Source: an uncultured Candidatus Binatia bacterium
Lineage (GTDB): Bacteria > Desulfobacterota > Binatia > UBA9968 > JAJDTQ01
Direction of reading: 5' to 3'
Assembly (NCBI GenBank): GCA_965213675.1
Contig: OZ243916.1
Coordinates: 3,616,001-3,680,000 of the forward strand
DNA length: 64,000 bases
The notes below the pieces were generated by a model. That model was not told the DNA's origin and made no database searches. It was given only the letters and a program-made list of their open reading frames with translations. A program made the position numbers and the translations under genes. Within the stretch, counting starts at the first letter, position 1. The number at the start of each line of letters is the position of its first letter. This document shows positions 38,669-47,042 of the stretch, piece by piece.

Positions 38669-39586
38669 ATGGACGCGTCCATGTTCAGCAAAGCCTTTCA
38701 GATCGCCGCGGGCTTCACCCGTCCAGTGGTGATTTCCAGCCGCACGGTCAAGGGCGACTGCCATAGCTCCGTGGGCGCTTACGTGGTGGTCAACCGCGAA
38801 GGCTGGTTCGTCACCGCGGCGCACCTGTTCTCCCTCATCGAGCAGCAACGCGCGGCCGCCGGGACCTTTCGCCAGTATCGCGAGGATGTCCGCGAGCAGG
38901 ACCGTGACGTGGCGTCCATGCGGCTGTACCGCAAGAAGAAGATTCGCCATTTCGAGGTGCCCCGGCCGAAGTCGGTGCGCGACCATTCCGTGTGGTGGGG
39001 GATGGACGGCGTGCAGGCACGGGACGTCCAGGTGGCGGCCGCGGCCGACCTGGCGCTGGGAAGGTTGGAGCCGTTCGATGCCGCAAGCGTCGCCGGCTAT
39101 CCCGTGTTCAAGACCCCCGGCCCGGACTATGCGCCGGGCCGCAGCCTCTGCCGTGTGGGTTTCCCGTTCCATGAAATCGTGCCGGTGTACGACGAAGACA
39201 AGGACGTCTTCGCCCTGCCCAAGGGGTCCGTCCCGTTGCCGCTGTTCCCGCTGGAGGGCATGCTGACACGCATCCTGCTGGCGCGGGCGCCCACGCTGAC
39301 GTCCCAGGCCCAGGCGGGCGAGACCAGTCTGTTCATCGAAACGTCTTCCCCCGGCCTGCGGGGCCAGAGCGGCGGTCCGATCTTCGACACCGAAGGTGTG
39401 GTGTGGGGGCTTCAGTCCCACACCCGGCATCAACCCCTGGGCTTTGCGCCGCAGGTTCCGGGCAGGGGCCACGTGGAGGAGCAGTTTCTCAACACCGGGG
39501 TTGGCGTACACGCAACCCCCATCCTGCAAATGCTGGAGCGATTCGACGTCGCGCACCAGCGCTCCGGATTCGGCTTGACTCGCTGA
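38669..39586 (+). CDS. Trypsin-like serine peptidase, no signal peptide
   Basis: Catalytic triad motifs VTAAH, DLALG and GQSGGP. Confidence 0.8.
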   Translation: MDASMFSKAFQIAAGFTRPVVISSRTVKGDCHSSVGAYVVVNREGWFVTAAHLFSLIEQQRAAAGTFRQYREDVREQDRDVASMRLYRKKKIRHFEVPRPKSVRDHSVWWGMDGVQARDVQVAAAADLALGRLEPFDAASVAGYPVFKTPGPDYAPGRSLCRVGFPFHEIVPVYDEDKDVFALPKGSVPLPLFPLEGMLTRILLARAPTLTSQAQAGETSLFIETSSPGLRGQSGGPIFDTEGVVWGLQSHTRHQPLGFAPQVPGRGHVEEQFLNTGVGVHATPILQMLERFDVAHQRSGFGLTR

Positions 39587-39642
39587 TCCACTCTCAATAA
39601 GAGAACAGCTTTGACCCATGACCGTACGACGGAGGTGACAAA

Positions 39643-40056
39643 GTGGCAGGACTGTCTCACAGCTTGATTCACGAAGTGGCCGGCGAGTTGCTGGCGGAGT
39701 TGGCCGGCGAGACCGGGCGGCCGGTGTCCTGGGCGGTGCTCAACGCCCACCGGGAGATGTTGCATTACACGCGCATGGACGGGGCGCCTTACCGCTCCAG
39801 CGTTCTCTCGCACAACAAGGGATACTCGGCGCTGTGGTTCGGGCGGGACTCGGTGGAGATCGAGAAGATGGTGGGCGACCGCGGCATCGCCGCCTACGGC
39901 GATGCGAACCTGACCTCCATCGGCGGCGGCGTCCTCATCAAGGACCGGGACGGCGCCGTGATGGGCGCCGTGGGTGTCAGCGGCCGCACCATGCAGGAAG
40001 ACATCGACGTGGCCGTGCGGCTGATCGACAAGCTGAAGGCGAAGGCGGGCATCTGA
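39643..40056 (+). CDS. GlcG/HbpS-family heme-binding protein
   Basis: RMDGA, KGYSA and GGGVLI..GAVGVSG...D motifs; GGAGG RBS. Confidence 0.85.
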   Translation: MAGLSHSLIHEVAGELLAELAGETGRPVSWAVLNAHREMLHYTRMDGAPYRSSVLSHNKGYSALWFGRDSVEIEKMVGDRGIAAYGDANLTSIGGGVLIKDRDGAVMGAVGVSGRTMQEDIDVAVRLIDKLKAKAGI

Positions 40057-40233
40057 GGGTATGGCGCACGCATCGTCAGACTCCGAAGACCGCGGCTCGA
40101 AACCGTGGATTCAGGCGCCGGGCCGCGCGCTGCCGAGGTTCGGGCGCCAACCCGTTGGGGTTGGCGCTGCGTCCCCCGGCCGTTCTCGGGTCGGCGTCAT
40201 CCGGACCGGGACGGCTCAAGGGAGGGAATCAAG

Positions 40234-41274
40234 ATGAAGATGCTGCGTTCGATCACGTGGGGACTTTTTGGATTCGCGGCTCTGTGGCTCGCGGGCGGCA
40301 TCGCCTGGGCCGCTGATGAGCCCTTCTACAAGGACAAGACCATTCGCATCGTCGTGGGTTACAGTCCCGGCGGGGGCTTCGACACCTTCTCCCGTCTGGT
40401 GGGGCGTTACCTGAGCGCTCACATCCCCGGCAATCCTTCGGTCATCGTGATGAACATGCCGGGCGCGGGGAGCAAGGCCGCGGCCAACCGTGTCTATGCC
40501 ATGCAACCGGGCGACGGACGCACCATCGTCGTGTTCAATGCGGGCTCGCTGGTGGACGCGGTGGTGGGCGGCAAGAGTGTCAAGTTCGATCCGCGGAAGT
40601 TCCTCTGGCTGGGGGATCCGGCCATCGGGAGCCTTCCGGAGGTGCTTTGGGTCCGTAGCGACCTTCCCGTCAAGACCTTCGAAGACTTCAAGAACTCCAA
40701 GACACCCTTGCACGCCGGCTCCACCGGCGTCGGCTCGGCATCCACGGCCGCGACGCTCTTCCTCGGCTATCTGGGCTATCCCATCAAGGCGGTCATGGGC
40801 TACCGCGGCACGGCCAACGTCATGGCGGCCATCGAGCGCAAGGAGCTGGACGCGCGGATCATGTCCCAGCAGACCATGCAGGGCAACTACCGGCGCTATC
40901 TCCAGAGCGGGCTTGTGCGGCCGATCCTCTCCATGGGCGAAGAGCCGCGGCTCAAGCCGATCCCGGGCATCGCGACGCTCAAGGACCTCGATCTCAACGA
41001 CGAACAGCAGAGCATCGCGGACTTCCTGATCGGGACGTGGAAGCTTCTGCGGCTCTTCGCCCTGCCTCCCGGAACGCCGCCGGACCGGGTCGCGATCTTG
41101 CGCAAGGCCTTTATGGACACGCTCAACGACCCCGAGCTGCTGAAGCATGCCAAGAGCCAGAACCTGGTCATCGCTCCGGCGTCTCCTGAAACCGTCGAAA
41201 AGACGGTGGCCGGTCTGTACGCGACGCCGCAGGAGATGCTCGACAAGTACAAGGAGATCGTCACGAAGAAGTAG
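40234..41274 (+). CDS. Bug/TctC tripartite tricarboxylate transporter solute-binding protein
   Basis: Signal peptide, IVVGYSPGGGFD, NMPGAG, GYRG and PPGTP..LRKAF..DP motifs. Confidence 0.9.
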   Translation: MKMLRSITWGLFGFAALWLAGGIAWAADEPFYKDKTIRIVVGYSPGGGFDTFSRLVGRYLSAHIPGNPSVIVMNMPGAGSKAAANRVYAMQPGDGRTIVVFNAGSLVDAVVGGKSVKFDPRKFLWLGDPAIGSLPEVLWVRSDLPVKTFEDFKNSKTPLHAGSTGVGSASTAATLFLGYLGYPIKAVMGYRGTANVMAAIERKELDARIMSQQTMQGNYRRYLQSGLVRPILSMGEEPRLKPIPGIATLKDLDLNDEQQSIADFLIGTWKLLRLFALPPGTPPDRVAILRKAFMDTLNDPELLKHAKSQNLVIAPASPETVEKTVAGLYATPQEMLDKYKEIVTKK

Positions 41275-41388
41275 GCGGCGAGCCCGGTCGCCATTGCCGT
41301 AAATCGCGCGTCAGGAGTGCGCTTCCCCACCGCGATCAGGAATAACCGGTGGCTGGCAAGACCACCCTGCTGCCGCCCAAGGCCAGCG

Positions 41389-42483
41389 TCAGCGCACCAA
41401 GCCGCGCTCCATGATGTAGCGCGCGGAGGCGCGTACGCTTTCGGCGGCCGGCATGAAGTCCATGGCCAGGAGTTGCCGCGCGCGGGCGCTGTCGAGTTCC
41501 TGGCGGCGTCCCAGCATCGGGATGACGGGGCGGATGGATCGATCGAAGAGGCCGATCAGGCGGACCAGGAAATCCGGAGCGGTTCTCAGGGGAATTCGCC
41601 GGCGCGGATATTCCGTCTTCAGGAGTCTGGCCATGTCCGTGAGCCACATGAACTCCGCGGCCCCGATGATGCGCTGCCCCGCCGCCCCCGCCGCGGTGAT
41701 GGCGCGAACGTGCATGCGCGCCACGTCGCCCACGTCCACCACGGGAAGTCCGGCTCGCGGCAGCAGGGGGTCCCGGCCGCGGAGCAGCCGCTCCACGATT
41801 CGCAGCGAGGTGCCGTAGTGGTCGTCAAGGGGGCGACCGAGAACAAGGCAGGGATTGATGGCGGTCAGCTCCAGGTCCGGCGCCTCGCCGGCGACGAAGT
41901 CCCACGCCGCCCGCTCGGCCAGGGTCTTGGACTTGGTGTAGGGCGTCATCCCCGACCAGGCGGGGTCGCTCCAATCCGATTCATCGAATAGGCGCTTGCC
42001 GGTGTCGGATGCCGGGTTGGTCACCGCCGCGGACGAGGACGTCAGCACCACGCGGCGGATGCTGGCGGCGCGGGCGGCCCGGAGCGCTCTCAGGGTTCCG
42101 TCCACCGCGGGGCGAATGAGTTCGTTCTCGTCCCTGGGCTGGGCCATGGGCAGGGGCGACGCCGTATGCATCAGCACGTCCACCCCGGACATGGCATCGA
42201 GCCAGCCCTTGTCGTGACCGAGATCCAGAGTGACGAAACGCAGGCGCCGGTCCAGATCGGCGGCGTCGGGAAGATGCGGCCGCACCGCATCGCGCACCTC
42301 GTCCCGGCGCGACTCGGTCCTCAAAGACCCCACCACGCGGTAACCGGCGTTCAACAGCGCGAGAACGATGTGCTTGGCGATAAAGCCGCTGGCGCCTGTG
42401 ACCAGGACGGCTGGGGGTTCGTCGGAGGCGGAACCGGAGCGGCCCGAAATCCGGCCCGCCTCTCCAGACGGTGGGGAAGCCAT
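41389..42483 (-). CDS. NAD(P)-dependent extended SDR (aldehyde reductase / dihydroflavonol-reductase-like)
   Basis: VTGASGFIA, HTASP, PAVDGT, TSS and YTKSK (YxxxK). Confidence 0.88.
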   Translation of the reverse strand: MASPPSGEAGRISGRSGSASDEPPAVLVTGASGFIAKHIVLALLNAGYRVVGSLRTESRRDEVRDAVRPHLPDAADLDRRLRFVTLDLGHDKGWLDAMSGVDVLMHTASPLPMAQPRDENELIRPAVDGTLRALRAARAASIRRVVLTSSSAAVTNPASDTGKRLFDESDWSDPAWSGMTPYTKSKTLAERAAWDFVAGEAPDLELTAINPCLVLGRPLDDHYGTSLRIVERLLRGRDPLLPRAGLPVVDVGDVARMHVRAITAAGAAGQRIIGAAEFMWLTDMARLLKTEYPRRRIPLRTAPDFLVRLIGLFDRSIRPVIPMLGRRQELDSARARQLLAMDFMPAAESVRASARYIMERGLVR

Positions 42484-42506
42484 GCGAACCCGTCGCGACG
42501 GCGGCG

Positions 42507-43379
42507 CTACTCTGCCTGGCCTACCTGGCGCGCGCCAAACGATCCCAATGCCGTGGCATTGGTGAACACGCCACCCACCTCTTCGTGATCGCCGCCGTAG
42601 AACCGGCCGAAGATGCGCGCGTTCGCCGTGGTTTTCGTAAATACCCCGTTGCTGACCGCGACTTCGTCAAAGCGCATGTCGGGGTGGTCCCGGGCCGTGG
42701 TCATGTTCTTGATGCCGCTGAAGTAGACATCCATTGTCATGACGTCCAGCTTGAAGTTGAGGATCGCGTCGCCTTGCAGCGGCTCCGTTTTGCCCGTGTT
42801 CGTACGAGTGGCCCCGAGCATCAGACCCTCCCATGTGGCGTCGCCCGCTGGAGCTTGATCGTTCCGCCTTCCGAAGGAGATGCTATAGGCCGCGAACACG
42901 TTCCCATCGTCGGGCTTCACGCCGCTGGCAACGACGGTGGCCAGGCCGCTCTCGTCCAACCAGGCCCCGTACTCGATGGTTGTCCATTCGATGGAGTTGC
43001 CGTCTTTTCTGGTGACGCGGTATTCGGCGAGGCCGACCCCCTTGTAATCGCGAATATCGGACTGCTCCAGGTCCGCATCGGTCACCGCCCGCGCCAGGTC
43101 AGCCAGCGCGGTCACGCTTTCGGGGGGCGCGAACAGGGGCGCCGTCGTTCGTGTGCATGTGTTCGCGTCGGGCGCGCATTTGTACTCGGTCAGAGCAGGC
43201 GCGCCGTCGATGGTCAGGACATCGCTGATGATCAGGGTGTCGGACTTGTTGACAACGGTGGCAATGCCGCTGGTCACGTCCACGTGCCTGAGTATCTCCG
43301 CGACGTGTTTCTTGTCGTTCTCCGAACACGCGGGCAGCACGGCCAGCGAAATCATGAGCACACACGCCAAACGCCACAT
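42507..43379 (-). CDS. Lipoprotein with a C-terminal TbpB-like beta-barrel
   Basis: Lipobox LPAC; ATWEG..G and GRFYGGDHEEVGGVF..GSFGA typical of TbpB-type barrels; AGGAGG RBS. Confidence 0.65.
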   Translation of the reverse strand: MWRLACVLMISLAVLPACSENDKKHVAEILRHVDVTSGIATVVNKSDTLIISDVLTIDGAPALTEYKCAPDANTCTRTTAPLFAPPESVTALADLARAVTDADLEQSDIRDYKGVGLAEYRVTRKDGNSIEWTTIEYGAWLDESGLATVVASGVKPDDGNVFAAYSISFGRRNDQAPAGDATWEGLMLGATRTNTGKTEPLQGDAILNFKLDVMTMDVYFSGIKNMTTARDHPDMRFDEVAVSNGVFTKTTANARIFGRFYGGDHEEVGGVFTNATALGSFGARQVGQAE

Positions 43380-43508
43380 GGAAACCTCCTTTTGCCCGGA
43401 TGAAGCGTTGCCACATTCCGGTCGCGTTTCATGTCTCTCCGTAGCCAAGTGTTGCAGGGACCCGTCCTGTCCGGGTGCGTGGCATGTCCGACTGAGCGGG
43501 TCGGGCCG

Positions 43509-44426
43509 CTACGTCTGGTACAGGCTGTCGATGAAGCCGCTGTCGTCGATGCGGCGCAGGTGGTGGTAGTCCCATAGCGACGTGGGCTCCACCTGCCCGG
43601 CCGCCGGGTCCCTGCGCTTGGCCAGTTCGTATACGTTGCCCACGGCCTGAAACGAGGCGTAGGGTTTCTGGCTCAGGATCTTCGAGATGCTCTCCCACAG
43701 CGCGGTCGCGGCTTCCAGGTCCAGGTCGCCCTCGGTCTTGTACCGCTCCTGAATGATCCTGATGGACTCCTGCCGGTGCGTCTTGAACCAGGCGATGCCT
43801 TGGCAGGCGCCCTTGAGGAAGCGCTCGACGATGTCCGGATGGCTGTCCACGAATTTTCGTCCGCTGGACATGGTGGTGAACCACACCATGGGCAGGGGGT
43901 CCACGGAGATGACCTTCAAACCGGCGCGTTGGGCGAACAGGTCCGCGGGCGGGTTCACCAGCGCCGCGTCGGCGCTGCCGTCACGAACCATTTCCCAGGT
44001 GGCAGTGCCGCGGATCCGTTCCAGCGTGACGTCGCCGCGGTCCTGGTCGAGCCCGTGCTGCTTGAGGAACAGCCACGTGTTGAGACCGGGATGGTTGCCG
44101 CGAATGGCCACGACCTTGTCCCGGAGGCCGGCCACGCTGTCGATGCCCGAGTCCGCCCGCACTACCAGCCGGTGGTCCAGCAGGCTCACGGTCTGACCCA
44201 GGTAGAGCCACTGGTCGCCGCGCGTCCGCGCCCCGTAGGTGGAGACGTGGTTGCCGCCGACGAACTCGACGCTGCCGTCGGCCACGAACTTGTGGGCGTC
44301 CTCGGAGCTGATGTAAGCGTCGTACGCCACGTCGAGGCCGTGCGCTTCCCATGCGCCCGACTCCCCCGCCACATGAAGGAACGCCAAGTGGCTCGCGGAC
44401 CGGTAGGGGAAGTGAATCTTGTCCAT
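43509..44426 (-). CDS. ABC-type solute-binding protein-like (NMT1/THI5/SsuA family), no obvious signal peptide
   Basis: GAWEAHGLDV, GSVEF, SGIDSVAGLRDK and FVDSHPDIVERFLK motifs. Confidence 0.72.
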   Translation of the reverse strand: MDKIHFPYRSASHLAFLHVAGESGAWEAHGLDVAYDAYISSEDAHKFVADGSVEFVGGNHVSTYGARTRGDQWLYLGQTVSLLDHRLVVRADSGIDSVAGLRDKVVAIRGNHPGLNTWLFLKQHGLDQDRGDVTLERIRGTATWEMVRDGSADAALVNPPADLFAQRAGLKVISVDPLPMVWFTTMSSGRKFVDSHPDIVERFLKGACQGIAWFKTHRQESIRIIQERYKTEGDLDLEAATALWESISKILSQKPYASFQAVGNVYELAKRRDPAAGQVEPTSLWDYHHLRRIDDSGFIDSLYQT

Positions 44427-44767
44427 GGCGTCGCTCCCTTGAAGCGCCTTGAAGCCGCGCCGTGCGCGCTTCGCATGACCGCGCCCGGTTGGCGCGGCGC
44501 CGGTGCCTTTACGGTACCCTTACGGTATACACCAGCCGTGATTTCCCTGCGAATTGCCGGCCACGCCCGGCGGCGCGTTCCCCGCGTTGTCCACAAGGCT
44601 ACGGTGATTCCCGCTTGGGACATCCGGCCGTGAACCGGAAAGCCGGATGGGCGCTGGCCTTGGGCCAGGAGCTTGCGCCGCAAGACCGAACAGGAGTAAA
44701 TGGGAACGAATACGGGGCTGGAATCCGTCCCGCCTCATCCACCAACCGCGCGCGCCGGGAGGAGTCC

Positions 44768-45787
44768 ATGTCCAGGATCAGGATCTTCGCTTTCTTTCTG
44801 GCGGTTGCCTTGTTGCCGTGGCTTTCCGTGGCCCAGGCCGCGCCGGACTACGCCGGCCAGACGCTCCGCCTCATCGTCGGCACGTCGCCGGGCGGCGGTT
44901 ACGACACCTACGCGCGCGCCATCGCGCGCCACATGCCCCGGCATCTGCCCGGCAAGCCCAACATCATCGTGCAGAACATGCCGGGGGCGGGCAGCCTCAT
45001 CGCCGCCAACTACCTGTACAACGTCGCCAAGCCCGACGGACTGACCTTCGCCATGCTCATCAGCGGCCTCGTCATGGAGCAGACCATGGGCACGGAAGGG
45101 ATCAAGTTCGACGCGGCGAAATTCCAGTGGATCGGGGCGCCCAGCGTGGGCATGCCCGTATGCGCGTTCATGGGGTTCAGCGGCGTCAAGACCCTCGACG
45201 ACCTGGTGAAGTCCGAGAAGACGCTGGTCATGGGGGCGGCGGGCAGCAGCACCCGCGAGCAGCCCAGGATCCTCAAGCAGTTGATCGGCGCCAACGTGAA
45301 GATGGTGCCCGGCTACCAGGGCACGGCGGGCATTCGCGCGGCCATGACCCGGCGCGAGGTGGACGGCGCCTGCTGGCAGTGGGTGTCCATGAAGATCACC
45401 GCCCGGGACATGCTCAACGCCAAGGGCGACAACCAGTTGATCCCGGTGCTGATACAAGGCGACTCCGACGATCCCCAGGTGAAGGGGCTGCCCAAGTACA
45501 CCGACTTCATCAAGGGCGCGGAGGACATGGAGGCATTCAACGCGTGGATGGCCCAGTACCGCTTTTTCCGCCCGTTCGCCGCTCCGCCGGAGGCCCCCGC
45601 CGAAGCGGTGGAGGTTCTGCGCAAGGCCTTCAAGGCCACCCTCGAAGACCCGGAGTTCCTGGCCCTTGCCAAGAAGACCCGGATGACCATCCATCACGTG
45701 CCGGCTGACGTCGTCGCCGCGCAGGTCCGGGTGGTGTCCGCCTCGTCCGCGGTCAAGGCCAAACTCCGGAACATCATCGGAAACTGA
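44768..45787 (+). CDS. Bug/TctC solute-binding protein
   Basis: Signal peptide (AQA), IVGTSPGGGYD, QNMPGAGS, KPDG and GYQG motifs. Confidence 0.9.
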   Translation: MSRIRIFAFFLAVALLPWLSVAQAAPDYAGQTLRLIVGTSPGGGYDTYARAIARHMPRHLPGKPNIIVQNMPGAGSLIAANYLYNVAKPDGLTFAMLISGLVMEQTMGTEGIKFDAAKFQWIGAPSVGMPVCAFMGFSGVKTLDDLVKSEKTLVMGAAGSSTREQPRILKQLIGANVKMVPGYQGTAGIRAAMTRREVDGACWQWVSMKITARDMLNAKGDNQLIPVLIQGDSDDPQVKGLPKYTDFIKGAEDMEAFNAWMAQYRFFRPFAAPPEAPAEAVEVLRKAFKATLEDPEFLALAKKTRMTIHHVPADVVAAQVRVVSASSAVKAKLRNIIGN

Positions 45788-45827
45788 ACTGGCCCGATGA
45801 GGGGCTCCATCAGGAAGGGGAATGTCC

Positions 45828-46166
45828 ATGGCACGGCCCAGGATACGGCACATCGCCATCAACACCCACGACCGCGACAAGGTGGCGGAGTACTACAAGG
45901 AGCACTTCGGTCTGGAGGAGAAGAGCCGCGGACCCAACGGCACCATCTATCTCTCCGACGGGCACGTGGACGTGGCGCTCATCAGCAGCCCGAACCTGCC
46001 CTACGGCATCCATCACTTCGGCTTCGTGGTGGACAGCGTCGAGGCCGTGGAGCAGGCGACCCGGACCACCGCCAACGCCAACACCTACGGCGCCATCGCG
46101 GAAAGCTGGATCACCGATCCGGAAGAGAACCGTGTGGACGTGTCCGAGCACGGCTGGCCCGTGTGA
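45828..46166 (+). CDS. VOC (glyoxalase/bleomycin resistance/extradiol dioxygenase) family protein
   Basis: RHIAI..YKEHFGL..LSDG..HHFGF.V..DPEEN.VD. Confidence 0.85.
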   Translation: MARPRIRHIAINTHDRDKVAEYYKEHFGLEEKSRGPNGTIYLSDGHVDVALISSPNLPYGIHHFGFVVDSVEAVEQATRTTANANTYGAIAESWITDPEENRVDVSEHGWPV

Positions 46167-46242
46167 ACGCAGCCTCTCCGGAGACCGCCCCTCCCGGCGC
46201 CGTCCCGATATGGGACGGGACGGCCCGGAACGGAGGTGACCC

Positions 46243-46941
46243 ATGAGCGAATGGACGAAAGCCCGCGCCGTGGTGGATGAGATGGTGAACCGGCATTTCG
46301 AGAGCGCCGAGTACCAGCGGATATTCGGGGTGCGCCTGACCCCGGCGCGCCAGGCCATTCTCGATCTCCACTACCCCCACTACATCAAGAGCCGTCGCGA
46401 CTGCTGGGCGGTGGCCGCGGGCAAGGCGCCGCTGGACGTGAAGCGCGCCATCTGGGAGCACGAGAAGGACGAGCTGATCTTTGACGAGCGGCTGGGCGCG
46501 GCCCACCTCACCGACGAGGACATGGCCGGGGCCGCGGACGAAGCCCGCCTGCTGCCCGGCGCCCGGGCGGCGTTCTGGGCCTGGTTCCACCTGTGCTCCA
46601 CGCGCTCGTGGATCGAGGCGTTGATGGTCAACCACGCCACCGAGCGCAAGAACAACAACGAGATCGTCGCGGGCGGCGGCTTCACCCACCGCATGGCCAT
46701 GAAGAAGGCGCGCGAGATCACGGGTTCGGTGGAGAAGCTCGATGCCAACACCCAGCTTCACATGACCGCGGACATCGGCCACTCCGACATGTTCGACCCG
46801 GTGTTCGACAAGTACGTGCGCGACGCGGACACCGGCGCGCGGATCATCCGCGCGGCGCGGGACTGCCTGGCCCTGGACCGGGCGTACCGCGGGACGCTGG
46901 GCTCGGCCATGGCGGAGGTGCCGGAAACGCAGGCAGCGTAG
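46243..46941 (+). CDS. Heme-oxygenase-like diiron protein (CADD/PqqC-fold), paralogue 1
   Basis: HEKDE...H, conserved E (HATE), HMTADIGH (HxxxDxxH); alignable by eye with paralogues 2 and 3. Confidence 0.68.
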   Translation: MSEWTKARAVVDEMVNRHFESAEYQRIFGVRLTPARQAILDLHYPHYIKSRRDCWAVAAGKAPLDVKRAIWEHEKDELIFDERLGAAHLTDEDMAGAADEARLLPGARAAFWAWFHLCSTRSWIEALMVNHATERKNNNEIVAGGGFTHRMAMKKAREITGSVEKLDANTQLHMTADIGHSDMFDPVFDKYVRDADTGARIIRAARDCLALDRAYRGTLGSAMAEVPETQAA

Positions 46942-46966
46942 GAGCGTCCACGTCGTTGACGCTTTC

Positions 46967-46992
46967 CGTCATTCCCGCGCAAGCGGGGATCC
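46967..46992 (+). repeat. CGTC-type REP-like palindrome
   Basis: CGTCATTCCCGCGCAAGCGGGGATCC. Confidence 0.55.
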
Positions 46993-47042
46993 CGGCGGGG
47001 CGGGGAACACGTAACGCCGGCGCGACACGCGGCAGGAGTCTC

